DNA of 46,945 nucleotides from Candidatus Cloacimonadota bacterium (lineage in GTDB: Bacteria; Cloacimonadota; Cloacimonadia; Cloacimonadales; WRIO01), in contig JAKQQL010000236.1 in the NCBI GenBank assembly GCA_029564175.1, forward strand, positions 1-46,945. The letters run 5' to 3'. The notes beneath the pieces are model-generated. The model was not told where the DNA came from. It saw nothing but the letters and a program-made list of their open reading frames with translations, and ran no database searches. Each line of letters begins with the position of its first letter. The stretch's first letter is position 1. Shown piece after piece: positions 27,623 to 36,451 of this stretch. Made by a program: the position numbers and the translations under genes.

Positions 27623-27895
27623 ATGGCACGAAAGACAATTGATGTGGAATACGTGAAGAAGTTTGTTAATGATTTTCTTTTGAATTCTGGTGATGAACAA
27701 TTTGTTCAACGTCGTTCTTATTGTATGATTCTTGAAGAGATTCTTCATCAGACTGGAAACTATAAAGGTTTTAATTATTTGACCGGTGATGATATGGTGG
27801 CATCAGAACATGGAACATCAATTGGAATTGTATATGGAGCAGATTTTCCAATGACTGCCCAGGTTTCTGATCCTACTCGAATTTACTATTACTAA
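27623..27895 (+). CDS. phage hypothetical protein
   Basis: MARKTIDV...LEEILHQTGNYKGFNYL; RBS and promoter upstream. Confidence 0.75.
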   Translation: MARKTIDVEYVKKFVNDFLLNSGDEQFVQRRSYCMILEEILHQTGNYKGFNYLTGDDMVASEHGTSIGIVYGADFPMTAQVSDPTRIYYY

Positions 27896-27900
27896 AATTT

Positions 27901-27938
27901 GGAAGGGGCTTGACATCCCCTTCCTTTTTTGATATACT
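27901..27938 (+). promoter_or_regulatory. terminator hairpin with -35 TTGACA in its loop and -10 TATACT
   Basis: GGAAGGGG-CTTGACAT-CCCCTTCC-TTTTTT; 17-nt spacer. Confidence 0.8.
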
Positions 27939-27960
27939 AGAAACACCTTGAAGGAAGAGG

Positions 27961-29196
27961 GTGTTGCACTTGACGAAACTCACAACTAAAATTCATTTGG
28001 AACAAAAGGGGTTTCTTCTTGACCGAGTGAATAAACTAAATAAAATTGCTTTGAAAATAAATGTAAAACCAATTCAGGTTAATTTTGGTGAAGTTTTTCA
28101 GAAAGAAGTTGAATTAGTTTCAAAGAATGATTTTGGATTTATCATTTCAAAAGTATGGGAATCTTTTGTTAATGTAGAAATTGAATACTCTCCTATCAGA
28201 ATTGATGGATGGGTTTTTGTTGCCAAGGTAGATAATGACGGTCATTCAAAGAGTATTTTTCGTAGGGTTCCCGGAACTGTTGATATTGAAATTCCTGAAC
28301 ATTTTAATGAAATTGATTATAAACTTTGTGAACACTGTAATACAAAAAGAGAACGTAAAGGTGTTGCTATTATTTACAATGAAATAACCAAAGAATTTAA
28401 ACAGGTTGGTTATTCTTGTCTGAAACATTTTATGGGCCATAGTATTAATAAGGTTTTCAGTTTTTATGAAAAGTTGGCAGAATGTGATTCTGATGATTCT
28501 ATTTTCCATCTGCCGCCAATTACCCCTATTCCGAATTATGATGTAAAAGAAATGGTTCCTTTTATTGTTCAAATGATTCGTTCAAGGGGATTTGTTTCAA
28601 CTTCAAAGTCTTCTGATACTGGGCAAACTTCAACAAAAGATATGGTTCTGGAAGACTTTCATAAAATCATCAATGGGAAACGTCCGGTTCATTTAAATGT
28701 AAATGAATTTAAAAAGAATTATGAATCAACTCTTGAATATTCCAAAAAGATTTTAAATTTCTTAGTTAAATACATGGATGAAAATGAGTTGACAGAAGAA
28801 TATTGGAATGTTTCAAAGATCATCATTAAAGACGGTTTCTTCACTATTAAACAAACTGGTTATATTGTTTCTCTTGTAGCTTGGGCAATTAGGGAAATTG
28901 ATAATCCAAAAGAGAAAAAAGAAAAGACAATTTCTGATTATGTTGGAAATATTGGATCAAAATATCAAACAAGTGTTAAAGTTTGTCATGTTTCAAGTAA
29001 TTTCGATATGTATGGAAAATTGAAGTATTTTGTCATTGCAGAAGATTTAAAGGGAAACCATATTGTATTCGGTTCTTCAAAACCAATTTTCAATGTAGGA
29101 GAAATTGTTAAAATTGAGGGAACAATAAAAGATCACAAGATGTATAGGGAAGAAAAACAAACAATCATGATTCGGGTAAAACCCCTCAAGAAATAA
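27961..29196 (+). CDS. phage hypothetical protein with Zn motif and OB-fold-like C-terminus
   Basis: CEHC...R...QVGYSCLKHF; GTIKDHKMYREEKQT. Confidence 0.75.
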   Translation: MLHLTKLTTKIHLEQKGFLLDRVNKLNKIALKINVKPIQVNFGEVFQKEVELVSKNDFGFIISKVWESFVNVEIEYSPIRIDGWVFVAKVDNDGHSKSIFRRVPGTVDIEIPEHFNEIDYKLCEHCNTKRERKGVAIIYNEITKEFKQVGYSCLKHFMGHSINKVFSFYEKLAECDSDDSIFHLPPITPIPNYDVKEMVPFIVQMIRSRGFVSTSKSSDTGQTSTKDMVLEDFHKIINGKRPVHLNVNEFKKNYESTLEYSKKILNFLVKYMDENELTEEYWNVSKIIIKDGFFTIKQTGYIVSLVAWAIREIDNPKEKKEKTISDYVGNIGSKYQTSVKVCHVSSNFDMYGKLKYFVIAEDLKGNHIVFGSSKPIFNVGEIVKIEGTIKDHKMYREEKQTIMIRVKPLKK

Positions 29197-29302
29197 GGCC
29201 CTGCCTGAATCAAGACGACTTTCAAGATACCACTTGCCAGAATCTTGTGCAGGTGGTATACTTGTTCTATTGAAAGATTGAAAGAGAAAGGGGATATCAC
29301 TC

Positions 29303-30424
29303 ATGAATAAATACACCGAAATCCTTAAAATCTTTATTGAACAGAATCCTTTACTTGTCAAGGAAATGAAGGAAACTAATCATGAATTTTCTGAAGGCAA
29401 GTTGAATCCTTATCACTATGAATCAACTGTTTGGGCACATACAATGATGGTTATTTCACACATGGTTCGTGATAATGTTGATATTGATCTTTTTGTTGCT
29501 GGCCTTCTGCATGATGTTGGTAAGCCTAAGGCTGCCATGATTGTTGAGGAAAAGAAGAAAAAGGTTTTTTATAATCATGCCAATATTAGTGCCAATCTGT
29601 CATTGAATATCATGAAGGAAGTTGATGAAGAGTTTCATAATCGTTTTGGGAAACATTTGAATTTGGATATTATAACAATTTGGCAGATTATCAATACTCA
29701 TGACATTTATGTCAATCTTCTCAAAATTGATGGTAAACTGAATCTGAATACCCTATTTAAAAAGTTTGCTCCTCTTGGGTTTAATACTCTTGATATGTCT
29801 CTGAAACTTGCTAAGTATGATTATTATGGCCGGTTTTGTGATGATTTTGAAAGTATGATTCTTATTGATCAGCTGTATAATATTTGGAATGCAGAATCTC
29901 TTAAACTGTTCAATGATATTGAATCTGAATATATCAAAAAGTATAATGAAAAGAAAGATGGCCCTCATTGCCTTTTTCTTGTTGGTCTTCCTCTTTCTGG
30001 CAAATCCACCTCTCTTTTTTATTCTCGAAATGATGTTGTGATTTCTTTTGATGATGAAATTATGAGGCTTTCCAATGGTAGGACTTATAATGAAATTTGG
30101 AATGAACCCAATATCAAAGAACAGGCAGAAAAGAATATGAATCATCGACTTATGAATGCCATTAAGGAGAAGAAAAATATTGTCATTGATAAAACAAATC
30201 TTTCTGCCAAATCACGTCGGTTTGTTATCAATCAACTGACTTCGGATTATCTGATTAAAGCAAATGTATTTTTAACTTCTTTTGAGGATATTACAGAAAG
30301 AAATGTTTTTAGAAATGCGGAAATGGGTAAATTTATTCCTATTGGTGTTATTGAATCAATGATCAAAAACTTCACTTGTCCTATGGGCGATGAAATGGAT
30401 GAAATTTATTTCTACTATAACTAA
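29303..30424 (+). CDS. HD-domain phosphohydrolase fused to an AAA_33/Pnk-like kinase (RNA end-healing)
   Basis: YHYE..VWAHT, LLHDVGKP, GLPLSGKST, VIDKTN..R. Confidence 0.85.
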   Translation: MNKYTEILKIFIEQNPLLVKEMKETNHEFSEGKLNPYHYESTVWAHTMMVISHMVRDNVDIDLFVAGLLHDVGKPKAAMIVEEKKKKVFYNHANISANLSLNIMKEVDEEFHNRFGKHLNLDIITIWQIINTHDIYVNLLKIDGKLNLNTLFKKFAPLGFNTLDMSLKLAKYDYYGRFCDDFESMILIDQLYNIWNAESLKLFNDIESEYIKKYNEKKDGPHCLFLVGLPLSGKSTSLFYSRNDVVISFDDEIMRLSNGRTYNEIWNEPNIKEQAEKNMNHRLMNAIKEKKNIVIDKTNLSAKSRRFVINQLTSDYLIKANVFLTSFEDITERNVFRNAEMGKFIPIGVIESMIKNFTCPMGDEMDEIYFYYN

Positions 30425-30517
30425 ATGAAAAATGGGGCAAGTCTGATTTTTAAGGGGCTTGCCCACTTTCTTTTTTCGTGGTATACTAGATTCATCCTGA
30501 TTGAAGAGGTGGTTATC

Positions 30518-31651
30518 ATGACTCAGCCCAAGTTCATAAAGTCGATGAAAATTCCTTCTTTGGAAAATTGCCTGAATGTTGTCAAGTCTTGCCAGAACTT
30601 TATTTCCAAAGTTGAAATTGTTGATGGTGTGGAAATTATTAGTTTTTCTTATCGTTTGGCTTCTTTTTCAGATTTTGACCGACAGTTTGCTAGGAATTTG
30701 AGAAGTATTTCATTTGAAAAGAATACTGGTAAAATTGTTTGTTTGGGGTTTCATAAGTTTTTTAATTATGGTGAAAATCCTTTTACCGAAGAAAAAGTTA
30801 TTTCTAAATGGAATCCTTGTGGTGTATTTGAAAAGGTTGATGGTTCATTGATTCTTTTCTTTATGGTTAATGGCAATCTTCATGCTAAAACCAAAATGAA
30901 TAGTTATTCAGAACAGGCTCAGATTGCAATGGAAATTGTAAACCGTGATTCTTTCTTTAAAGGTCAGATTATCAATGATATTGAAAATGGTTTCACTCCT
31001 ATGTTTGAATTGATTTCACCTCGTGATCCTCATGTTTTGAATTATAACTGTGTTGAAGAACTTCGTTATATCATTTCTCGTAATATGACCGATGGTAAAT
31101 ATGAAATTCACTCTTTCAATACTATTGCTGTTGAACAGTATCATTATTCTTTGTCGGAAGTTTTGGATATTTGTGTCAATGATAAGATTAAGAATATTGA
31201 AGGTTTTGTTGTTCATTTCACTAATGGTGAAATGGTAAAAGTCAAAACAAAATTGTATATCCAGAATCATCATATTCGTGATAATATTCTTAACAAAAGA
31301 ATTGTTGCAGAAATGATTTTGGAAGAAAAGATTGATGATGCTAAAAATCAGTTTAGGCATTCCCCTTATTTGATCAAGTTTATTGAAATGATTGAAAAGG
31401 ATGTTGTAAATCGTTATAATGAATTTTTGAATAACGCTCAGAATTTTTATAATTCAAACAAGGAACTTGAAAGAAAAGCATATGCCATTAAAGCCAAGTC
31501 TGTTTTTAGTGATATCACTTTTGGTTTGGCTATAGAATTGTTTTTGAATCAGTTGATTGATGAAAAGAAATTTAAAAAACGTTTCTTAAGATATTGGAAG
31601 GACACTGAAAATATTGAAGTGGTTGTAAATACAGAAGATGAAGACAATTAA
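30518..31651 (+). CDS. T4 Rnl1-like RNA ligase
   Basis: FHKFFNYGE, EKVDGS, FELISP, EGFVV, VKVKT. Confidence 0.88.
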   Translation: MTQPKFIKSMKIPSLENCLNVVKSCQNFISKVEIVDGVEIISFSYRLASFSDFDRQFARNLRSISFEKNTGKIVCLGFHKFFNYGENPFTEEKVISKWNPCGVFEKVDGSLILFFMVNGNLHAKTKMNSYSEQAQIAMEIVNRDSFFKGQIINDIENGFTPMFELISPRDPHVLNYNCVEELRYIISRNMTDGKYEIHSFNTIAVEQYHYSLSEVLDICVNDKIKNIEGFVVHFTNGEMVKVKTKLYIQNHHIRDNILNKRIVAEMILEEKIDDAKNQFRHSPYLIKFIEMIEKDVVNRYNEFLNNAQNFYNSNKELERKAYAIKAKSVFSDITFGLAIELFLNQLIDEKKFKKRFLRYWKDTENIEVVVNTEDEDN

Positions 31652-31664
31652 GGAGGATGTTAAA

Positions 31665-31958
31665 ATAAAGCTGACTGTTTAAATTAGTGAATCCCGATAT
31701 CAGGAACTTTTGAAGGCTGAACGAAAACTTGAAGCTCTTGAAGGTTGTGGCGTCGATAATTGGGAAGGATATGACGATGCCATGAAAATTTTTTGGGATG
31801 AAGAAGTGGATGAAGAAGGGGAAGAAGGGGAAGATGAAGAAGAAGAGATATATTCACAAGGGCCTCCACATATCGCTTTTGTAGAGGTGAAGACGATCAG
31901 TAGTATTCCGAAGGGCTGGCCCATGAAAATTTTTGGTGAAGAAAATTTTCTAAAATAG
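31665..31958 (+). pseudogene. small phage protein (LEGCGVDNWEGY type) with lost start and in-frame TAA at 31680
   Basis: AGGAGG RBS, then ATA-KLTV*ISESRYQELL in frame with 31710..31958. Confidence 0.5.
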
Positions 31959-32147
31959 CTTGACTGAATTCCCCCGATATGATATACTTTTCTTGTCGGG
32001 GGGAAAGACCTCCAAAACAAAATTGAAAGTGTGTTATAAAATGATAATAAGGAAACTGGTGTTGTTCTGGTAAAGGATTTTCGTGGTCGGCCCGTTAAAT
32101 TCTTCTTGGAAAAGTGGAATAATGTTCCAGCTTCTGTGAAGGTTTAT

Positions 32148-33520
32148 ATTCTCCGAGCGGGAAAACTCCTATCTTTAGGTAGGGGATGAAAGCGAGTAAA
32201 GTTAATAACGAAAGGAGGCGAAATAGCAAATGGATTTTAAAACAACAAAAATCAAAATTAAACATTTAAAAACAAATGAATATGAATTTTTAAAAGAAAT
32301 GTGTTGGCACAGTGCTAGATTGTATAATGTTTCATTGTATAATATTAGACAAACATTCTTTGCTGAAAAGAAGTATTTAAAATATGAATCAAATTATCAT
32401 ATCTCCAAATCAAATGAAAATTATTAAATAATGCCAAGTGCTGTAGCTCAACAAACAATGAAAGTTGCTGATAGGTCTTTTAAATCCTTTTTTGCATTAT
32501 TAAAAAAAGCTAAGAAAGGGAATTATCAATATAATAAAATACAAATGCCCCATTATCTAAAAAAGGAAGATTATTTTCTTTTGATATTTCCAACAAGTGC
32601 TTTTAGAATCAAAAATGGCAAGCTTTATATTGGTGTATCAAGTCAATCAAAAAAGGTTGGAATTAAAGATATTTCTTTTGATATTCCAGATTATATAAAA
32701 AGCAAGAAAATAAAAGAAGTTAGATTAATACCTAGATTGCAATTAAGATATTTTGATCTTGAAATTATTTATGAATCTCCAGTTAATTCTTTAAGTCTAA
32801 ATAAAAATTCATATTTGTCTATTGATATTGGAATCAATAATTTAATGACTTGTTTTGATCAATCCAATAATAAGACGTTCATTGTGAACGGGAAACAACT
32901 AAAAAATATTAATTATTATTGGAATAAACAAATTGCTAAATTATCTTCCATTAAAGATAAACAAAAGAATAAAAAATGGACTAAACGAATGTATTCATTA
33001 ACAGAAAAGAGAAATAATCGTGTAACAGATTTTATGAGAAAATCAGCAAAATATATTATTGATTATTGCATTAAAAATGATATTGGAAATATTGTCATTG
33101 GAAAAAATGATGATATTAAAAGAGAAATCAATTTGGGTTCCAAGAACAATCAAAACTTTGTTCAAATTCCATTTGGTCAATTGTTTCAACAATTATCATA
33201 TCGTTCAAGAGAAATTGGAATTAAATATATAGAAGTTGAAGAATCCTATACTTCAAAATGTTCATGTATTGATAATGAAACAATTGAATACCATGATGTA
33301 TATATGGGACAACGGATTAAAAGGGGATTGTTTAAAACCAAAGAAGAATTTCATATTAATGCTGATGTTAATGGAGCTATTAATATATTAAGAAAAGTAA
33401 ATGGAATGGTTATAAAACCTAACCATATAAAGGGCATTTTGGTATTCCCTTTAAAAATAAGGATTTCTTAGAGAAATCAAACTTTTTAAGAATCTCAATT
33501 CTTTAGATTGAGAGTATCAA
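32148..33520 (+). mobile_element. IS200/IS605-family (IS1341-type, tnpB only) element inserted after TTTAT
   Basis: left-end hairpin CTCCTATCTTTAGGTAGGGG, right-end hairpin CTCAATTCTTTAGATTGAG, terminal TCAA, no target duplication. Confidence 0.92.
32230..33471 (+). pseudogene. tnpB: TnpB RNA-guided nuclease with one in-frame TAA (32425-32427)
   Basis: ARLYN HTH, AQQ, SIDIGINNL, IVIGKN, VEESYTSK, NADVNGAINI; both ORF pieces are in the same frame. Confidence 0.88.
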
Positions 33521-33595
33521 AATCAGATTCTTGAAATGAAGAATGGTAAGAAGGAAGTTGTTTTTCTTGACACGAGTGTTCTCTTGAACTAAATT

Positions 33596-33620
33596 AGTGG
33601 GGTGAAATTCCCCACTTTTT
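33596..33620 (+). terminator. intrinsic terminator
   Basis: AGTGGGG/CCCCACT hairpin plus T-tract. Confidence 0.75.
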
Positions 33621-33663
33621 AATATTGAGAGGTGATAAAATTAAATAAGAGGGGGTAATTTTA

Positions 33664-34086
33664 ATGACGAAAGTGGTTAGTTGTGGAATTATTATTACAG
33701 ATGGTAATAGAGTTTTAGTTGGTCATGCTACAGAATGTGGATTTCAATATGATATTCCTAAAGGTAGGCATGAATATGGTGAAAAATTTATTGAAACGGC
33801 TATCCGTGAACTGAAAGAAGAAACTGGATTAGATGTAAAGGAATGTCAATTGACAAATTTAGGGCGGTTTGAATATACACAAACAAAGGATTTGGAATTA
33901 TTTCTCTGGCCCCTTGAATCACTTCCTAATATTAAAAGTTTGAATTGCACTTCCTATTTCACAAATGTAAAAGGTAAAACTGTCCCTGAATTTGATGGAT
34001 ATAAATTAGTTTCCTTTTCTGATCTAAAAAAATATTTGAGGAAACCTATGTATAAGGTTTTTCAAAAAATCTTTCAACTTTCTTAG
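33664..34086 (+). CDS. Nudix hydrolase
   Basis: PKGRHEYGEKFIETAIRELKEETGL Nudix box. Confidence 0.9.
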   Translation: MTKVVSCGIIITDGNRVLVGHATECGFQYDIPKGRHEYGEKFIETAIRELKEETGLDVKECQLTNLGRFEYTQTKDLELFLWPLESLPNIKSLNCTSYFTNVKGKTVPEFDGYKLVSFSDLKKYLRKPMYKVFQKIFQLS

Positions 34087-34102
34087 AGAAAGGGAATTTC
34101 GA

Positions 34103-34420
34103 ATGAATGAAAAGGGCAAGTTGGATGTATATGACCCCTCTTTTGAAATAGCTTTTTGGTTGTATGAATATTCAAATATTCAACCAGAATATCTTGAGAA
34201 TTATGCTGATATGTTGGCTGGCAATCAAACAATGACTTCTAATCTGGGTTTTGCAGAACATGATGGAGTATTGATTGATGATATGTATTTAACAATTTGG
34301 GATTTTGATGCTATTATGGATGCAACACATCCAGCTAAAAGATATGTTATGAAAAAGAAAGAAGAAAAGGGTTTGACACAAGATATTTCAATTGGTGCAG
34401 ATGAGCGGATAGGTTTTTAA
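34103..34420 (+). CDS. hypothetical protein
   Basis: 105-aa ORF with RBS. Confidence 0.7.
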   Translation: MNEKGKLDVYDPSFEIAFWLYEYSNIQPEYLENYADMLAGNQTMTSNLGFAEHDGVLIDDMYLTIWDFDAIMDATHPAKRYVMKKKEEKGLTQDISIGADERIGF

Positions 34421-34477
34421 GGTAGTGAATTGGGGAGGATTGCCAAGTCTCCCCGTTTTTGATATAATAGAATTATC

Positions 34478-34810
34478 TTGATTGAAAGAGTGATTATATT
34501 GAAAAAGATCACGAAACCTAAGGAAATTAAAACTGTTTATGTAAACAAAATTGTAAAAGGTTTGCGCACGATTTCTGAAATGGAATGGAAAACTGTTCCC
34601 ATTGTTGAGATTTCTAAATTAGTTCATGAATTTGGAATCGGTTTCAGCCATGAAAATGATTGGAATTGGAAGTTGGAAAGCAACAACGAAGAGATTAAAA
34701 TCAATCTGGTTGAAATGGCTACAGATAGTCCTTTGAATGGTTTGATTCATTTGTCTTGGATTAAAGATATGGATATGAAAACTTATAAAGTAATTGTAAG
34801 ACTTAGTTAA
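34478..34810 (+). CDS. hypothetical protein
   Basis: 110-aa ORF after the promoter at 34440-34468. Confidence 0.65.
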   Translation: MIERVIILKKITKPKEIKTVYVNKIVKGLRTISEMEWKTVPIVEISKLVHEFGIGFSHENDWNWKLESNNEEIKINLVEMATDSPLNGLIHLSWIKDMDMKTYKVIVRLS

Positions 34811-34826
34811 ATAAAGGAGATATAAA

Positions 34827-35559
34827 ATGAAGAAGATTTTAAGTTTTATAATTTTAGCGAACGGGAAAACTACCATCTTTAGGTGGTAGATGAAAGTGAG
34901 TTAATTATTTGATATTAAGACTGTCAATCGACAGGGTTTCAAACACACAAATTTAATTAATATCAAAATATTAATAATTAATTCAGGTTCGTTTAAAGCA
35001 ACTGGAATTGGCTTAACGCCTGACCAGATAAAGGGCATTTTGGTATACCCATTGAAAATAAGGGTTTCTTAGGAAATCAAACTTTTCAAGAATCTCATTC
35101 CTTTAGGATGAGAGTATCAATCAAAAGAAAATGGATAAATATGGAAACCGTTCAAGAGAAAATGAATTTGATAATAAGTCGTTAGCACACGCTTTTAGAA
35201 CATGTTTCCAGTTAAAAGAAATTCTTGTTCGTGGTGATTATGAATATCCATTGGCAGAAGAATCTTTTTTAAGAGGTTTGAAATTTGATATTCTGACAGA
35301 ACAGGCACAACAGGAATATTTTAATAGATTGCTTGAATTAGCTAATAATCTTGAACATGATATTAAAGTTAGTTCGATCCTATCAACAACAAATCGTGTA
35401 GAAAGAGAGATTAACGATTATTTGATTAAGACCTATAAAGACCTCATTCGTGAAGGTGCGGGATTCTATGAAAGTCGTCATGGAAAGTATTTTTGTGATG
35501 ATGATAATCTTGAAGATTGGCTATTGGAAAAATATGGGGTGTTCAAATGCGGGAACTAA
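34827..35559 (+). CDS. protein resembling the C-terminal helical part of phage nucleotidyltransferases; interrupted near its start by a mini-element
   Basis: excision gives MKKILSFI|QKKMDKYGNRS... in frame; KSLAHAFR...LKEIL..G...YPL motif. Confidence 0.6.
34850..35120 (+). mobile_element. non-autonomous IS200/IS605 mini-element (271 bp) inserted after TTTAT
   Basis: near-identical to 4627-4893; left-end hairpin CTACCATCTTTAGGTGGTAG; TCAA end. Confidence 0.9.
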
Positions 35560-36362
35560 TTGATATACAATTGAACAAATGGAATACTTGGGAAAAGGTT
35601 TGGGCTGGCAGTTTCATTCTTGCCATTCTTGGATCAACACTTTATTTTTCTTTTCAGTCAACGTCATGGGATAGTTATTTTAGTATATTTTTGAATTTCG
35701 TAATTAGCCCAGTATCAGCTATAACAGGCGTTCTTTGTGTTCTATTGGTAGCTCAACGAACAATTAGTAATTATTTTTATGGATTGATTCAATGTATAAC
35801 TTATGGATATATTGCTTATCTCACTGGATATTATGGTGATGCTTTGTTAAATATCTTTTTCTTTCTTCCATTTCAGTTCATTGGTTTGTTTTTCTGGAAG
35901 AAGTATTATATGGAAAAGGATAATGTTCATATTAAATCTAGGTCGTTGACATGGGAACAGTTTTTGATTGTATTGATTATGGGAATAATGATTACGGTTG
36001 GGTTTGGATATTTTCTCAATGGTGTAGATAATTTGTTCACGGAAGTTATGAAACGAAATGCTTCAATCTATACATATATTGATTCAACTTTTGGAATTCC
36101 TTATCTTGGAGCTATGTTTGATTCTTCAACGGAAACTCTTCAAATATTCGGACAGATTCTAATGACATTGGCATTTGCTGAACAATGGTTGTTTTGGATT
36201 CTGACAAATATCATTACAATTGTCATGTGGGGCACAGTCATATATGCTGATCCAACAAGCATTAGTTGGGCATCTCCTATTCTAATCATGTGGGTTGCTT
36301 TTTTGATTAATTCGATTTATGGTTATATTCTTTGGAAGAAAAATTCGAAGGAAAATAATTAG
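35547..36362 (+). CDS. pnuC: nicotinamide riboside transporter PnuC
   Basis: multi-pass; GVLCV.LVA, NYFYGL, FAEQWLFWILTN, NSIYGY; adjacent to nadR. Confidence 0.88.
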   Translation: MRELIDIQLNKWNTWEKVWAGSFILAILGSTLYFSFQSTSWDSYFSIFLNFVISPVSAITGVLCVLLVAQRTISNYFYGLIQCITYGYIAYLTGYYGDALLNIFFFLPFQFIGLFFWKKYYMEKDNVHIKSRSLTWEQFLIVLIMGIMITVGFGYFLNGVDNLFTEVMKRNASIYTYIDSTFGIPYLGAMFDSSTETLQIFGQILMTLAFAEQWLFWILTNIITIVMWGTVIYADPTSISWASPILIMWVAFLINSIYGYILWKKNSKENN

Positions 36363-36451
36363 GATTTCTTGAAATAGTTCGACAATTGGGAGGGAGATTG
36401 ACAAACTCTCTCCCTTCTGGTATTATAGAATTATCGAAAGGGGAGATAATC

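Larger units (their letters stand above)
32040..33592 (+). pseudogene. small hypothetical gene interrupted by the tnpB element
   Basis: ...KWNNVPASVKVY|NQILEMKNGKKEVVFLDTSVLLN* joins in frame; in-frame start missing. Confidence 0.5.

Noticed and set aside
32148..33520. tnpA (Y1 transposase) in the element
   Set aside because: No HUH ORF within the element or elsewhere in the window; mobility would need a transposase in trans
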